This document shows, one piece after another, positions 12,147 through 24,210 of a stretch of DNA of 64,000 bases (within the stretch, counting starts at the first letter, position 1; each line of letters starts with the position of its first letter). This DNA comes from Phoronis australis (Eukaryota; Animalia; Phoronida). The notes beneath the pieces are model-generated. The model saw only the letters and a list, made by a program, of their open reading frames with translations. It did not search any database and had not been told where the DNA came from. Where the stretch lies: positions 124,001 through 188,000 of the forward strand of contig NMRA01000686.1 of the NCBI GenBank assembly GCA_002633005.1, in the 5' to 3' direction. A program made the position numbers and the translations under genes.

Positions 12147-15100
12147 CGGGTAAACCACAATCAAGATCCCTATTCGAGAGTCGACTGTGTTACGAGCTAA
12201 ACTAAAAAATGTCGGCCATTTTCCAGATGTAAAATGCTGTGCAAATCGAAAAAATGAATCTTCAGAATTGGAAAGTGTTTAAACTCAATAGATTAAACAT
12301 GAAGAATTCTGAAATCATATCCTTAATTTACTGTTTTCCGGAACAATTTATCATGTCCGTTAAGCCAAATATCAGATGTCATTTGTCATATTATGTTTGA
12401 TTTTACTTTATTACTTGGCGGAATTCTTCAAATTCCTCCAAGTATGTTACTCTGACACTGAGTTATTTTTTCCCACGATACAGGTCGCATTTTTTCATCC
12501 GATTCTCATGAAATTTGCATACAACTTATGGACCCAAAAAATCCTACAAGCCTATTGTTTTTCGTCATTATCAGGTTCAAGATGACCGACATGGCGGCCA
12601 TTTTGTATACATTTTCAGGTTAAAAGTGTCTTGAAGACCGTAATTTTTCGCGTACACAACTGATTATCGGGACAGTTGTTACACAAGGCAAGTGGTACAC
12701 ATGTGCCGGAAAAACTTTACTTCCGGTCAAAGCTGGAGGAAATAACGGCCTCGGGGCATGCGCGCTTCAATTTCTAATAAAACAGGTTTTTCCCGTAGAG
12801 GGCGCTGTATCAATATGATTACTTCAAAATTTTTCGTGAGTTAGTTTTTATTAATTAGGTATTATCGAGTGGCATTCAACCGGAAGTGGTTTTCAAAATG
12901 GCGGATCTGGCGGGTTTTGACGCATTTTCAATCGTGGGGTGCCATTTTAAGCGGGAAGGGGAAATCACTTGAATTTTTGTATGTGGATTCTCTGGGGTAT
13001 ACTAAACAAGCACAAAATTTATTTTTTTTTCTAAAAATTTATGGAGTGTTGCGAAATTATCAAACTAGATAGAGTTATGTATTGAACGGGTTTTCAGAAG
13101 ATGTTTTCCATTTTTCGCTAGGACGTCTAATTTTCGAATGACCGTATTCTAAATTTTCTGATAGCGCTGTTCCTTTGTTTAGCGCTCTTGCTGCATTGAT
13201 GTTGGTTTAGCTTCTATTGAACAAGACTGTAGCCTATTTCTTACTGACTTATGACATTTAAGTTCGTCATATGAATGTTATGATATTGGTCATCATCATC
13301 ACTATTTTCATCACATTCTTCATCTTCGTCATCATCCCCGTCGTCGTCTTTTCAGTTAATTTCGCCAAATGTCACCCAAGACTGTAACCTACTTCATACT
13401 GATATCTGATCTTTACATGTACGTTTGCCATATGAATGATGTCATATTGTTCATCATCACTACGATCATCGTCATATTCATCATCTTCGTCATCATCTCT
13501 ATCGTCGTTTTTTCGGTTAATTTCGCCAAGTTTCGTTCCTCGGAGCGCTTTCTTTTTTGTTTGTTTGCACTCTACAGGTCGCAATTTTGGTCCTATCCAC
13601 ATGAATGTTACACACAACGTGTAGCTCCGGAAGACCTATAAGCCCATTCTTTATGGTCATGATCGGATCCAAGATGGTGGACATGGCAGCCATTTTGTTT
13701 CCGATTTCTGATTCAGTTGCTCATAGTACCCGTAATTTTTGACGTATCAGGCTCAAAATCGGCAAAAATATGAAACTTTACAGGTCCTCCAACTGCGCTA
13801 GAAACCATTAACTTCCTGTCAAAAATAACGGATATATTGGCAATTGCGCATGCGCACATCAATTTCGGAAAAAAACGTTTTGTCCTGTAGACGAGGCTTT
13901 GGAGGATCAATTGCTTTGAAAGTTTTCAGGTATTAGTTTTCTGTAGCAGGCTATTCTCCAATCCTAAAAAAACCGGAAGTTGATACCAGGATGGCAGATC
14001 TGGCCCATGTTGACCAATTTTCAGTAGTGTTAGAGTGCCATTTTAAACGGGAAGAGAAAATGACGTGAATTTTTGCATGTGGTTTCGTTGAGGTATATTC
14101 TTTCAAATGATCTATAACAATTTTTCTCAGACTTACTGTTTTCGAGTTATTTGACTTTGAATTTCTTAAAAAGTAGCAAAATTTTATTTTGTTTTCGAAA
14201 AATTTACAGAACTGCGTGATACTATAATTTTGAACGAACTTTCAGAAAATGTTTTTCATTTCTCGCCAGGACATCTACTTTTTGAATTATTCGAGATTTT
14301 CTGATAGCGCTGTTCCTATGTTGAGCGCTCTTGCTGCATTGACGTTGGTTTAGCGTATTGAACATGATTGTAGCCTATTTCTTGCTGATTTATGACATCT
14401 AAGTGCGCCATAAGAATGTCATGATGTTGTTCAGCATAATCACCATCGTCATCATATTTGTCATCTTCGTCATCATCTCCGTCGTCGTCTTTTCAGTTAA
14501 TTTCGCCAAGCGTCGCTCAAGACTGTAACCTATAGTTACTGATTTTTGGCCTCTATGTTCGTCATGTGAATGTTATCATTACTTGTACTGTTCATCATCG
14601 CCACCATCGTCGTAATATTCGTCATCTTCGTCACCATCTCTATTGTCGTCTTTTCTGTTAATTTCGCCAAGTTTCGCTCCTCGGAGCGCTTTCATTCCTA
14701 TCTTTGTTGGCAAAGGATGCTATTATATCCGAAATTTCAGTGATCCATTTTCGTTGTTTTATTTAGTTTTTTTTTTCTACTGTGTTTGAAAAGTGTATGA
14801 CTTGGTATCAATTTCATGCATTTTTAGCTTTGCCAGTGGCCATTTTAAAAATTCGAATTGCGAGAAATTGCTTTGATATGACACTTTCAGAATCGCTAAG
14901 ATGAAGTTGTCCTTAATCATTGAGAAATGGTAGGGTTCATAATATAATAGGACCTTGTTACGAAATTTGCAAATTCTGTGTTTCTAACCCTCATCTATTG
15001 TAAGGAAAGTTAAGAAATAAAGTTCATACTGAGTAATAAAAAGTGGATTATGTTAGCCTACGCAAGAGAGCAAATTAATTAATACCTAAACAAACAAAAC

Positions 15101-16912
15101 GTTTGCATATTGTCTGGGTTCTGCTACGTTGAAAAAGGGTCAGAGTGTAGTGTAAGTACTCCAGATGAAAATCAGTAACAATAATGGTGATTGTATATAT
15201 TCTTATTGCCTTTTAAATAACAACATGTTTCTTAATTATAATCAAAGAAAAATGAATGGCCATACAACTTTATATCACCAGTTGATGCAGAAATATTCAT
15301 TTAATGTACGTACCCCCATATTTACAAATACAGTGTACCATGCAATTGAAATGTTACTCGGTAACTAAGTGAGCAACATTAGTCAATACACAGACAGTTT
15401 CCTTCCTTAAGAATGTTGGGTTAAAAGAGTGTTGAATACAGATTATATTTTTGAGTGAAAAATATCATTTGTGTAGTGTACGCACCCCTATATTTTAATA
15501 CATTTATGTGCCTAGTTTCAAAGATTGTCAGATATGCATATGAATACTGTACTTATATATTTTCTCTGTGAATAGATTTAGTAAATCAACTAACTCTCAG
15601 TAGATTCTTAGTATTTCGTTTCAAACTTGGCACGTCATTGAAATGCAGTGTACGAACACCTGTGTCGACTACGTCCCCCATGAAACAAAATTATTTCGTG
15701 CTAAGTAAGCAAGATTTGTCAGAAACAGTTCCTCCCTTACATGTGTTAGGTTAAACGGTGTGTATTAGAAACACACATATTTTGGGTTAAATATTGCCAT
15801 TTTTATAGTGCACGTAACCCCTTTAATTGTTTTAACATATGCCTGTTTTCAAAGAATGACAGGCAGATGTCCTCATGTACATGTATGTTGTAATTTTTAA
15901 TGTTTCTCTTTGAACAGATTAGGTAACTGAACTAACGCTTACTATCAGTAGATTCTAAGTATTTTTATGAACCTGGCATGTTGCTGAAATATGGTGTACG
16001 TACACCGGTGCAGTTTACGTATCCTCAAACTTTGCTCTATAAAGTATTGCCCACAAGTAAATTTACATACTGCTGTTCCCATGAACAATATTACTATTTC
16101 CCAAATGCATCCACTCTGGCAACAAAACAATGGACATAATCAAATTTGCAGGTAATGAAATGCCAGAATGGTCTTGGCCACTAACATCTTAGAATACACT
16201 TCTTGTGACAACTAATGTTGCAGACTCAGGTTGTCTATCTCTCAAGACAACTTGGAGCAAACCAACAAGTATTGGCAGAACAAAACTCAGACCCTCCCAT
16301 ACATTTCTAACTTAGTCAAAATTTGATGTCGATTGACGGTGCGTTGAGTACGTAACCCCCAACAAGTACCATTGTTTACTGTTTACAAGTTGAACACTGG
16401 ACCTAGCAATGCTTAAATTATTTTGACTAACTGGTGGTTGTATTAAAAACTAAGTAAAAAGCACCAATAACGTTTTGAAAATTTAGTTACTTGTTTTCTA
16501 TTTGTAAGATTCATATTGCAAGGGAAGAAGTTCTCATTATACTGTGTTAAGATATGCAATGCATCATCATCTAGAAAAACTTGATTAGCACTTTTCTAGT
16601 GTTTTCTTAGTTTAGTATCTGATACTTCTTCGATTTGTTCACGAAGTCATTAAATTAACAACCACCTTATAAAATTTTGCATGATAGAAGTGAGATGGGA
16701 CCATAAATTGCGGTGTACGTACCCTTTAAGCAACTGTGGCCGGGGGTTCACAAGACCATAATTTTTATTTGGTCGTTTTTGTGCAAAAATAGTTTAGAAT
16801 ACCAACTGGAAATGGCACTTCTTTAAAATGACACGGCTTTTATAATTGATGTCATCCTTCATTTTGCACAAAAAGTGACCACACAATAAGGACTTTGATT
16901 GTCATTTCCCCG
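12147..16912 (+). mobile_element. Non-autonomous TIR transposon (family copy 1), with nested HINE-like insert
   Basis: TIR CGGGTAAACCACAATCAAGATCCCTATT..AATAAGGACTTTGATTGTCATTTCCCCG, 3-bp TSD atc/att with empty site catttat-att-agg at ~51046, and internal TAGTGTACGTACCCC motifs. Confidence 0.85.
12409..14723 (+). mobile_element. Helentron-associated (HINE-like) element with two ~1.14-kb tandem cores
   Basis: 5' subterminal CTTGGCGGAATT with a partial IR, 3' AATTTCGCCAAG, 3' hairpin CGCTCC-TC-GGAGCG and (CAT/CGT)n subrepeats. ~12470-13550 is repeated at ~13570-14695. Confidence 0.65.
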
Positions 16913-16949
16913 ATTAGATACACCGACAGTTTGATCTAAACTTCCAGAG

Positions 16950-17400
16950 CCTCTCTATCCAAATACAATGGGATCTTACTTCTAGGGCTCGTAAATGGCT
17001 CATGAATTATCAAGACTAACATCAATTATTCAGGTTGTGTTTCATAAATCCCAATAACACACTGATCTACTATTTATCTGAAGGATGAATTTCTTCTCCA
17101 AAACAGCTGTAGGCATCATAATGACATATCCGCACTGTCAGGTCCCTGAGCAGTAAAATCAAATTCTAATCAACCTATTGAAACATCCATCTCATCCACA
17201 ATGCAAGTTTTTAAATCGTTTGTATACACCCTATTTGATTATGGTGACATAATCTACTAAGCAGAACTATATGTAAGCAGGTGGTGTACAGTAAGATCTT
17301 TGTTTGAGACGCACAGACTACAGTAGGCTGCAGTAACCATTACTGGCGTCATAAAAGGGTCAAATACAATAAACAATCTTTACTGGTTCTTGTTGTCATT
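16950..17400 (+). mobile_element. Old CR1-like LINE relic, predates the gene duplication
   Basis: FVYTLFDYGDIIY..AAVTITGVIKGS motif; homologous copy at ~51090-51560. Confidence 0.6.
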
Positions 17401-18536
17401 AAGTGATAACACATTAAATTATGAACAAAGTAAATAATATACCCAATAAATCATCTACGACAGAACACTAGATTTGGGTATAATTCTACAGCATAAGCAT
17501 CTCGCCAGAACCTTCGGAAGGGAACGCCGTGGATTTGCTCGAAAGTATCAGTTTATGATTGTCTGCACTATCGTTGAACGTTTGTCTGATCGTTGTTCCG
17601 GGCCCTAGAGATATTTGCCCAAGCTAGTGGAATGAAAATAGAATGTTCGGCTTATTAATTTTGATGGTGCAACAGAGGGGAGAAGTAAAAAATTTGTAGT
17701 GACAAAGAATTTCCCTTTTAACGATACCATCACTTCTACAAAATACGACCAAATAATACAAAACATTAAAATTGTGAACAAAGTTGCATAAGTAATACAT
17801 TTCAAATTTTGATGTTCTATCACGAATGGTCAACTACTGCTTGGACCCCATGGTTAGATAGAATCCATGCTTACTTAAGATAACGTCAAAACACAACGAG
17901 TGATGACATAATAAAATGAAAAATATCGCAATGACATCGATCGATGAAATAATAATCCATGTCTGTCGTGTGAAGTAATTGTTTGAATGACAACGACCAA
18001 GACAATTGTTTAAAGCTAGTAGTTCTGTATTGAATTATACTCAAGTAATTTGTAAAACTTATGCAAATTTAAATGACCTTCATTTTTGATTCCCTGATTT
18101 AGAGAACGTTCAAAGACACGCCTAATAACAGAGTCTCAGAGTGAACAAATTACAACAGCTACTAAACTCCAAGTTCTTGCGGCAAACAGCACTGAGGTAA
18201 AACAGCTTAGATTCCGGTGGGTGATTCTCGAATTATGAATGTTCTATGCCGTATTCTTGTAGTGCACATTCACTCAAATGTCATGTGATGTGAGCTACTA
18301 AAGCGACGCCCAGACGCCAGATTTTCTTTCACAGTATCAACGGTCCAGAAACTAAAGTAGAAAGGGGCAGTGACCGTGACTAAAAATGGAGCACGTGCCT
18401 TTGGAAATCCATTTAAGTCTACTCAAGCGGCATTAAACCCTTTCATCATGGCAAAAACAGTTTTGATTAAAGGCATGTAGGCTACCAATACGAAGTTGAT
18501 CTAGATCTAAAAAAATCTATGGCCAAGTCAAATAAC

Positions 18537-18664
18537 TTGAGGCGCTGTAGTTTCTTCAGAATGACGTTAGAACTGCATACGTGTCTCAAACTGTCGTGAA
18601 ATCACGGCAGTTTGAGACACGTATGCAGTTCTAACGTCATTCTGAGGAAACTACAGCGCCTCAA
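18537..18664. repeat. Near-perfect palindrome, 63-bp arms, 2-nt loop
   Basis: TTGAGGCGCTGTAGTTTC...GTCGTGA aa TCACGGC...GAAACTACAGCGCCTCAA, with two mismatches. Confidence 0.95.
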
Positions 18665-19017
18665 TATTACATACATGTACACTTTGACTAGGTCTCACTC
18701 CCCTAAACAAAATCAAGTTCTGGCACACTGTAATTGTAAAACAGCTAAGTCATATACCGAAAGAATATCACTACGGATGCTTTGAAAAAGTGCACACCTG
18801 CTTTGCAAAGACAAAAGTTTCATTCAGCTGATTGGATGACAGTTTGATCAGAATTCTCGTGAGCCCTTCTAAGCTATGACAAATATAAGATTTTAACAGT
18901 GCTATCATAAAAATATTCAACATAAAACATATAAAGAAACGGTTGCAATGGAAACGTTTTTAAAGGTGCACTTCATGCCAGTGAGGATCAGGTGAGTGTT
19001 CATGCGTGGAGACTTAC

Positions 19018-19107
19018 ATTCGTATCCAGTGGTTGGTTGACGTTCCATCCGCAATCTAAATATTTCACTAAATGTGTACAATTGCCATGTTTCACAGCTG
19101 TTCTAAC
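19018..19107 (-). CDS. Gene A exon 2, ankyrin N-cap (VRTAVKHGNCTHLVKYLDCGWNVNQPLDTN)
   Basis: tttttcag| and |gtaagt, 90 nt, phase 0-0. Homologous to 55382-55474. Confidence 0.85.
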
Positions 19108-19151
19108 CTGAAAAAATACATACATATACATGCACTTTAATTCAATAACAA

Positions 19152-19251
19152 ACAGGCATACTCATCTTCTGATCGTCCCCAATACACTACATGTAGTATT
19201 ACAGGGTGTATATGTAGTGTATTGGGACGATCAGAAGCTGAGGATGCCTGT
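19152..19251. repeat. ~100-bp hairpin / MITE-like inverted repeat
   Basis: ACAGGCATACTCATCTTCTGATCGTCCCCAATACACTACAT..ATGTAGTGTATTGGGACGATCAGAAGCTGAGGATGCCTGT. Confidence 0.85.
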
Positions 19252-20662
19252 GATCCAAACACGCCTTCCATGGGCTTTGTACACTCGGCAACTGTATGTA
19301 TTCACAGTCACAATTTGTGTGATAATAACTAAGACAGGTGATACTTGGAGAACCCTTAAAAACCTCTGTACATGTACATGTACAGAGTCAGCGATTGTTA
19401 ATGGTAGGTTAACCCTTCTGCCAGTTGATCTTGTAGGAATTTATTGAGGTTCATTCCATTTTTACTCGGTTTCAAATAACGAATTTTCCAGGGGCATGGC
19501 TTAGTTAATTGGTAATGGTTAATTGACAAGGGTTTGGTGAAGACGTAACTTGTATTGAATACTGTGGTGAACAAACACGAAAACCGAAGTAGCGCTGCGT
19601 GTTTTTTGAAAAAAATGAAGCCTCACTGTTACCGGAAACGGGGTACTCACTGCAAGTGTGGCACGGAACCGAGGGTGACATTTCCACAGCAAGATTCCCA
19701 ACTAATGGGAACCTGTGCCCTTTCTGAGCAATTCCCTTTGGAAAGATGATTTTTGACATTCATTTATACGAAAGTGAACTGTGTCAAGTTCGAAACTCCA
19801 ACTGGAAAAAAGCTGCCAGTGTGCTCCCTTTCCACCTTCAAAACTCTATGGAAATGACATTTCAACAAGGTTTCATTAAAACACCAGTGTTGACTTAAAA
19901 AAGTCTAGGCTTAAAAAGCAGCTGTCCTTGAGTTCTTGCGAAATGGTAGTATCATTGCTCTAACCTCTCTGGCCCAACGAATCTCTAGAATGGGTGAGTT
20001 TTCATGGAAGCTTTCCTGCAAATTGTTCCCCTTTTTGGGCCCACTCTCTAAATTGGTGTGTATCCTAACTTTCCAGTAACGTGAATTGCATCCCGTCATT
20101 CGAGTACTGCCCTCCCGCATTTTGATCGATAATCAGACGGATTTCGTTATGGCAAATAGCGGATAGCACAACAGTAGGCTATCACCCAAAGTGTTGAATG
20201 TCCTGTAGGTTAATATTTATGTTCTGTATCATATAACTCACAAGTATTAAGTAATACGGCTTGTCATACGCAGTGTCAAATGTTGATAACAAAAGACCTA
20301 AGCAAAATGTACAAATCTGGCTAACCTTGGAGCATCAAATATGAATCTCACAAACGCCGATAGGAATGTTTCAATTCTTTCCTATCATGCTTTATGTACT
20401 ATTCTCCAAAATACTTTTAGGAGATCTTTCAAAAATGTTCCACATTGTATGAGTGGTAAGAGTAGGACTACTGTGATTTCTATAGAAAAACTCTGAAGTT
20501 GCGTGACACAAAAGAATTCGGATCGTTTCAGGCAGAACGTATTGAAATCTCCTTTTGAACATTGATATCAAACTAGCTCCCGGCTCGGTCGAAAAAGGCT
20601 CCTTGGACTTGATGCACTCCCCGTCGGTAGCTGTGTGACCGCCCCTTTCCCATACCCAGCCT

Positions 20663-20803
20663 NNNNNNNNNNNNNNNNNNNNNNNNNNNNNNNNNNNNNN
20701 NNNNNNNNNNNNNNNNNNNNNNNNNNNNNNNNNNNNNNNNNNNNNNNNNNNNNNNNNNNNNNNNNNNNNNNNNNNNNNNNNNNNNNNNNNNNNNNNNNNN
20801 NNN
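20663..20803. other. Assembly gap (N run)
   Basis: Run of n characters. Confidence 1.
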
Positions 20804-22067
20804 GATCCATTTTCTGAACACAAGAGACGTGGAAAAATTTTCGAGAAACAACATGAAATTTGGATCAGCAACCTCTGAGTACTCCTGGTAGTCACCTAGG
20901 CTATCGGCAAATCCGATGGCAAAATAGTCAGCCACAAACTTGACTTCAAAATGAGCTATGCGCTCAAATAGTGGCTTCCGGACGATCGTTAACATAGGCC
21001 TGAACGGGGTAACCTTCAAACTTCAAGAGACGTGGAAAAATTTTCACCATTGGCGCTGTTATTTGGCGGTAACATGTCTTAACATACACTCTATGTGACA
21101 GGCTATCGGCAAATTGTGTAGTTATCTCCCCTTGCTTATAAATTCCTGATTTTTGCCTGCTCTTGTGTATTTCTTATGGAGGGCTGCTGGCAAGATTTAG
21201 CGCATGCGCAGTAGTGCATGTTACAAATTTCTGGCGTTGACCCCTTCAGCAGCGCCTGGAAGCAGCTGCCTTTATCTGGCACCCACTTGCTACGCCACTG
21301 ATCGCGTGTGAGTCAAGAAAAGCCAATTTCAACCAATATACTAACCAGGACACAAAGCCACTGACAGCATCACTCAAGCTATAATGGACTATTCCTTGAA
21401 TCAAGGGGTCAAAGGGTGTGATCAAAAGGCTAACACTAAATATGGGGCTTGACATGGTGTAATCGACGTTGCGAATACACAACGTACACAAAGGCACCTA
21501 GATAGGCAGGCAGTTTTATGACTCTTAGTCGAACAACGCAAAACACCTAGTGGAGCCTCCACGACAAAAAATCGTTCCTAACTCAAAATGCTCGGTTACC
21601 GAAAGAAAGTAAATAGCGACTTCAATTAACAAAACGAAGGCGGTTGCATAATGCTGACTGACTGTATCCAAACGTTCCGGAGGTAGACTTTATACACCGC
21701 TTTCAAAACAGTGGAGTTCGGTCTCAAAACTACGCCCCTCGTGACGTTGGAAAATTTCCAGCTCAAGCCATTTTGACCGTACGAGGTCATTGTAAGAGTA
21801 TATGGATCAGTAATAAAAATTGGTTTCATAACACGACCTGCGACTGGATCTCAATGATGTACATGCCGTAATTTATCTAATCACCCATCTTCACAAATCG
21901 TGCACAGTCGCTTGTGATGTAATGACAGACACATTGTGACTTTAGCACCTGAGGTCAAACATTCAAACTTAGATCAACAAATTCAACATAAAACAAGTAA
22001 AGGACGTGGAACTGAACATGTCACAAGGATGGAGGAAAGACTTCTTTGAGACAATTTGGATCCTCAC

Positions 22068-22124
22068 CTTTTTTAATTCTTCCTCACCGAGAAGAATTCC
22101 TCCGGATTGTGTGCTCTCAGCCAT
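22068..22124 (-). CDS. Gene A (paralogue) exon 1 (MAESTQSGGILLGEEELKK)
   Basis: acaacATGG start and AAG|gtgagg donor. Homologous to 63560-63616. Confidence 0.8.
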
Positions 22125-22177
22125 GTTGTAAGTCAGGTCTTGCTACTAGGCCTACACCGTCTTAAATCAGAGCCTAA

Positions 22178-22232
22178 TGATAACACGGTACTTTCTGTAT
22201 CTATAGGATTTACCACAAGTTTCGATGCGTCA
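22178..22232 (-). promoter_or_regulatory. Putative proximal promoter cluster of gene A (GATA, degenerate ISRE/kB, conserved CAAGTTTCGATGCGTCA)
   Basis: Homologous to 63661-63714, with the same motif order upstream of the ATG. Confidence 0.4.
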
Positions 22233-24210
22233 TCAGTTGCTGATAAATAGGTCGCCAACCCACACGATAGATGGCCGGTAAAGTGGTAGCCGTCACGGCC
22301 GTAGGAAGCGCGGGGAAGAGTGGAAGGGGAGATGGCAAGTTCCTCCCAATAACTTGCAGATGTCAGGGTAAAACCGCGGTAACCACGTCATAGATGTGGG
22401 GCCGGGGACAATTCAAGAAAAATACAAACCGAATCATATTGAGAACATTCAAGAAAATATTTCAGTGTATTAACTACCGGTGCTTGATTTCGACTTTAAT
22501 TGTGGATTCTGACCATGACATCTTCATAGGGTGACCCAATTTTGCAGCAAATGTGGTCTAAACGCACTCGAAAACGTTTACTTCAACTTTCATAATTGCA
22601 TTTTGGAAAAGGCGATAAAACTTGTAAACGCAACTTCTGCAGAGAAATCGTACAACATTTAGGTTAAGCAATGTCACTTTATGGACAGTCACACGATGAT
22701 GTAACAGACTGCGACTTTTTCCGGGCATTTAGCCTTCCATAGTAAAATGTCACCTTTCAGACTGGGCAATCTGTTGGATAGGTGGCCAGGGCAATTGCCT
22801 CCTTGCCTCTCTGTAAATCACGCACTTTATTCCAAATTCAATATAATTCGTGCAAATCACAGCAGTATCAAAGAATCCGACCCAAACAACATAAAACCAT
22901 GGGATTGGAAAATTCCATTGAATAGAATTTGAGGAACAATGAGTTTAAATATCTTAAAAGGAATATTTACGATAGTTTTCATAACGATAACATGTCCATA
23001 CATTTTCCCGTAATATGAGAATATTTGTTTTACAGTGAACTTGCACCAGTATTGTCGGGAGCTTTATTGGGGGACTGTAAAAAAACCTGACCCATCTTAC
23101 ACAGGTTTCTTAAAGCAACGTGAACGTGAATTATCTAATGTACATGTATGTTATTGCATATATAATTACGCGTGGCGATTCCCGTTATAGTAAGAAAACT
23201 GAGCACGTTTAGCAACAGTGATTTTTTTGCGTGAACGTGAATATAAACGTGAACTGGATAATTGAGCTCAGGGTGTCCAGTTATTGTAGGCCGAGTACAT
23301 GTCAGCTAGTTTACAGAAACTCTGCCAATGCAAATTCTTTTACTCACAAAAAGTAGTTTGTAAGACCTCCTTCTCCAAATGGTTAACTTTTAAAATGCGG
23401 AATTTGTTTGCAGTTTAATTTAAATAGATGCATGTATTAGCAATTTCATTGATTGATTATACATTTTACTCACCAACACCAAACATCGCCTCCGAGACGG
23501 TCCGTTGCGTGTTCCGTGACAATTTTTCGGTTTTCCCACTTCTGTTTCACTTCACTAGGATTCTCTGGTTAGAACATATACGGCGCGAATCCATCCAAAC
23601 GTTGTTTCTGCATTTCCTGAATCTTCCATTTCGCATTAACATTTCATTGAACTCTTGCGCTGTCACAGCGTTACGGTAACGTCTGTCCATGGCAAGGTAT
23701 TAAGCTTTTCTGACCCAAGTGCGAAATGTCTCGGGTCCGGCATTCTTTTTTATCATGCTTGGGCGTAATAATCACGGAGCGACTATAAACAGATTAGTTC
23801 TCTGGTACACGCAGGATGTCGCCCTGGGTCCGACGAATCTCCATTCATTGCCAACCGGTCCCCCAATGCACGCAGGGACCCTGTATTTTAATTGGTTCGT
23901 TAGACCCCGACGTCTTTGTGAATAAGCGTTGTTAGACTGAGAAAGTGGTCCCCACCGAGAACGCGCTACTGACTTCGGCGACGCTAGACAATCGAGACAC
24001 ATATTACATGCACGTTGATGTGTCGAGATAAGTGTCCTATACTATTGTTTTAACTTAGGTGTGTCTAACAGATGTAATTTTGAAAATCTGTGATTTGAAA
24101 CATGCACCCGTCACCGTAAGGTAAGTTTCCTGTGGCAACGGACTGTACAGTATGTCTTGGGTCACATCTAGATGATGTCATTTACGTCGTTTAGAACGTG
24201 CCCCATTTAA

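Larger units (their letters stand above)
4250..22270 (+). repeat. Segmental (tandem gene) duplication, copy A; colinear with ~40500-63740
   Basis: Blocks align by eye: 5000-6850~41300-45020, 10930-12140~49900-51050, 16950-19110~51090-55480, 19480-20640~61300-62540, 21250-22270~62690-63740. Confidence 0.9.

Noticed and set aside
13369-13641. Hydrophobic, acidic and Ser-rich ORFs
   Set aside because: They are translations of (CAT/CGT)n low-complexity sequence inside the HINE-like element.
20392-21019. Long ORFs of 148-167 aa
   Set aside because: They are open only because they span the N gap.
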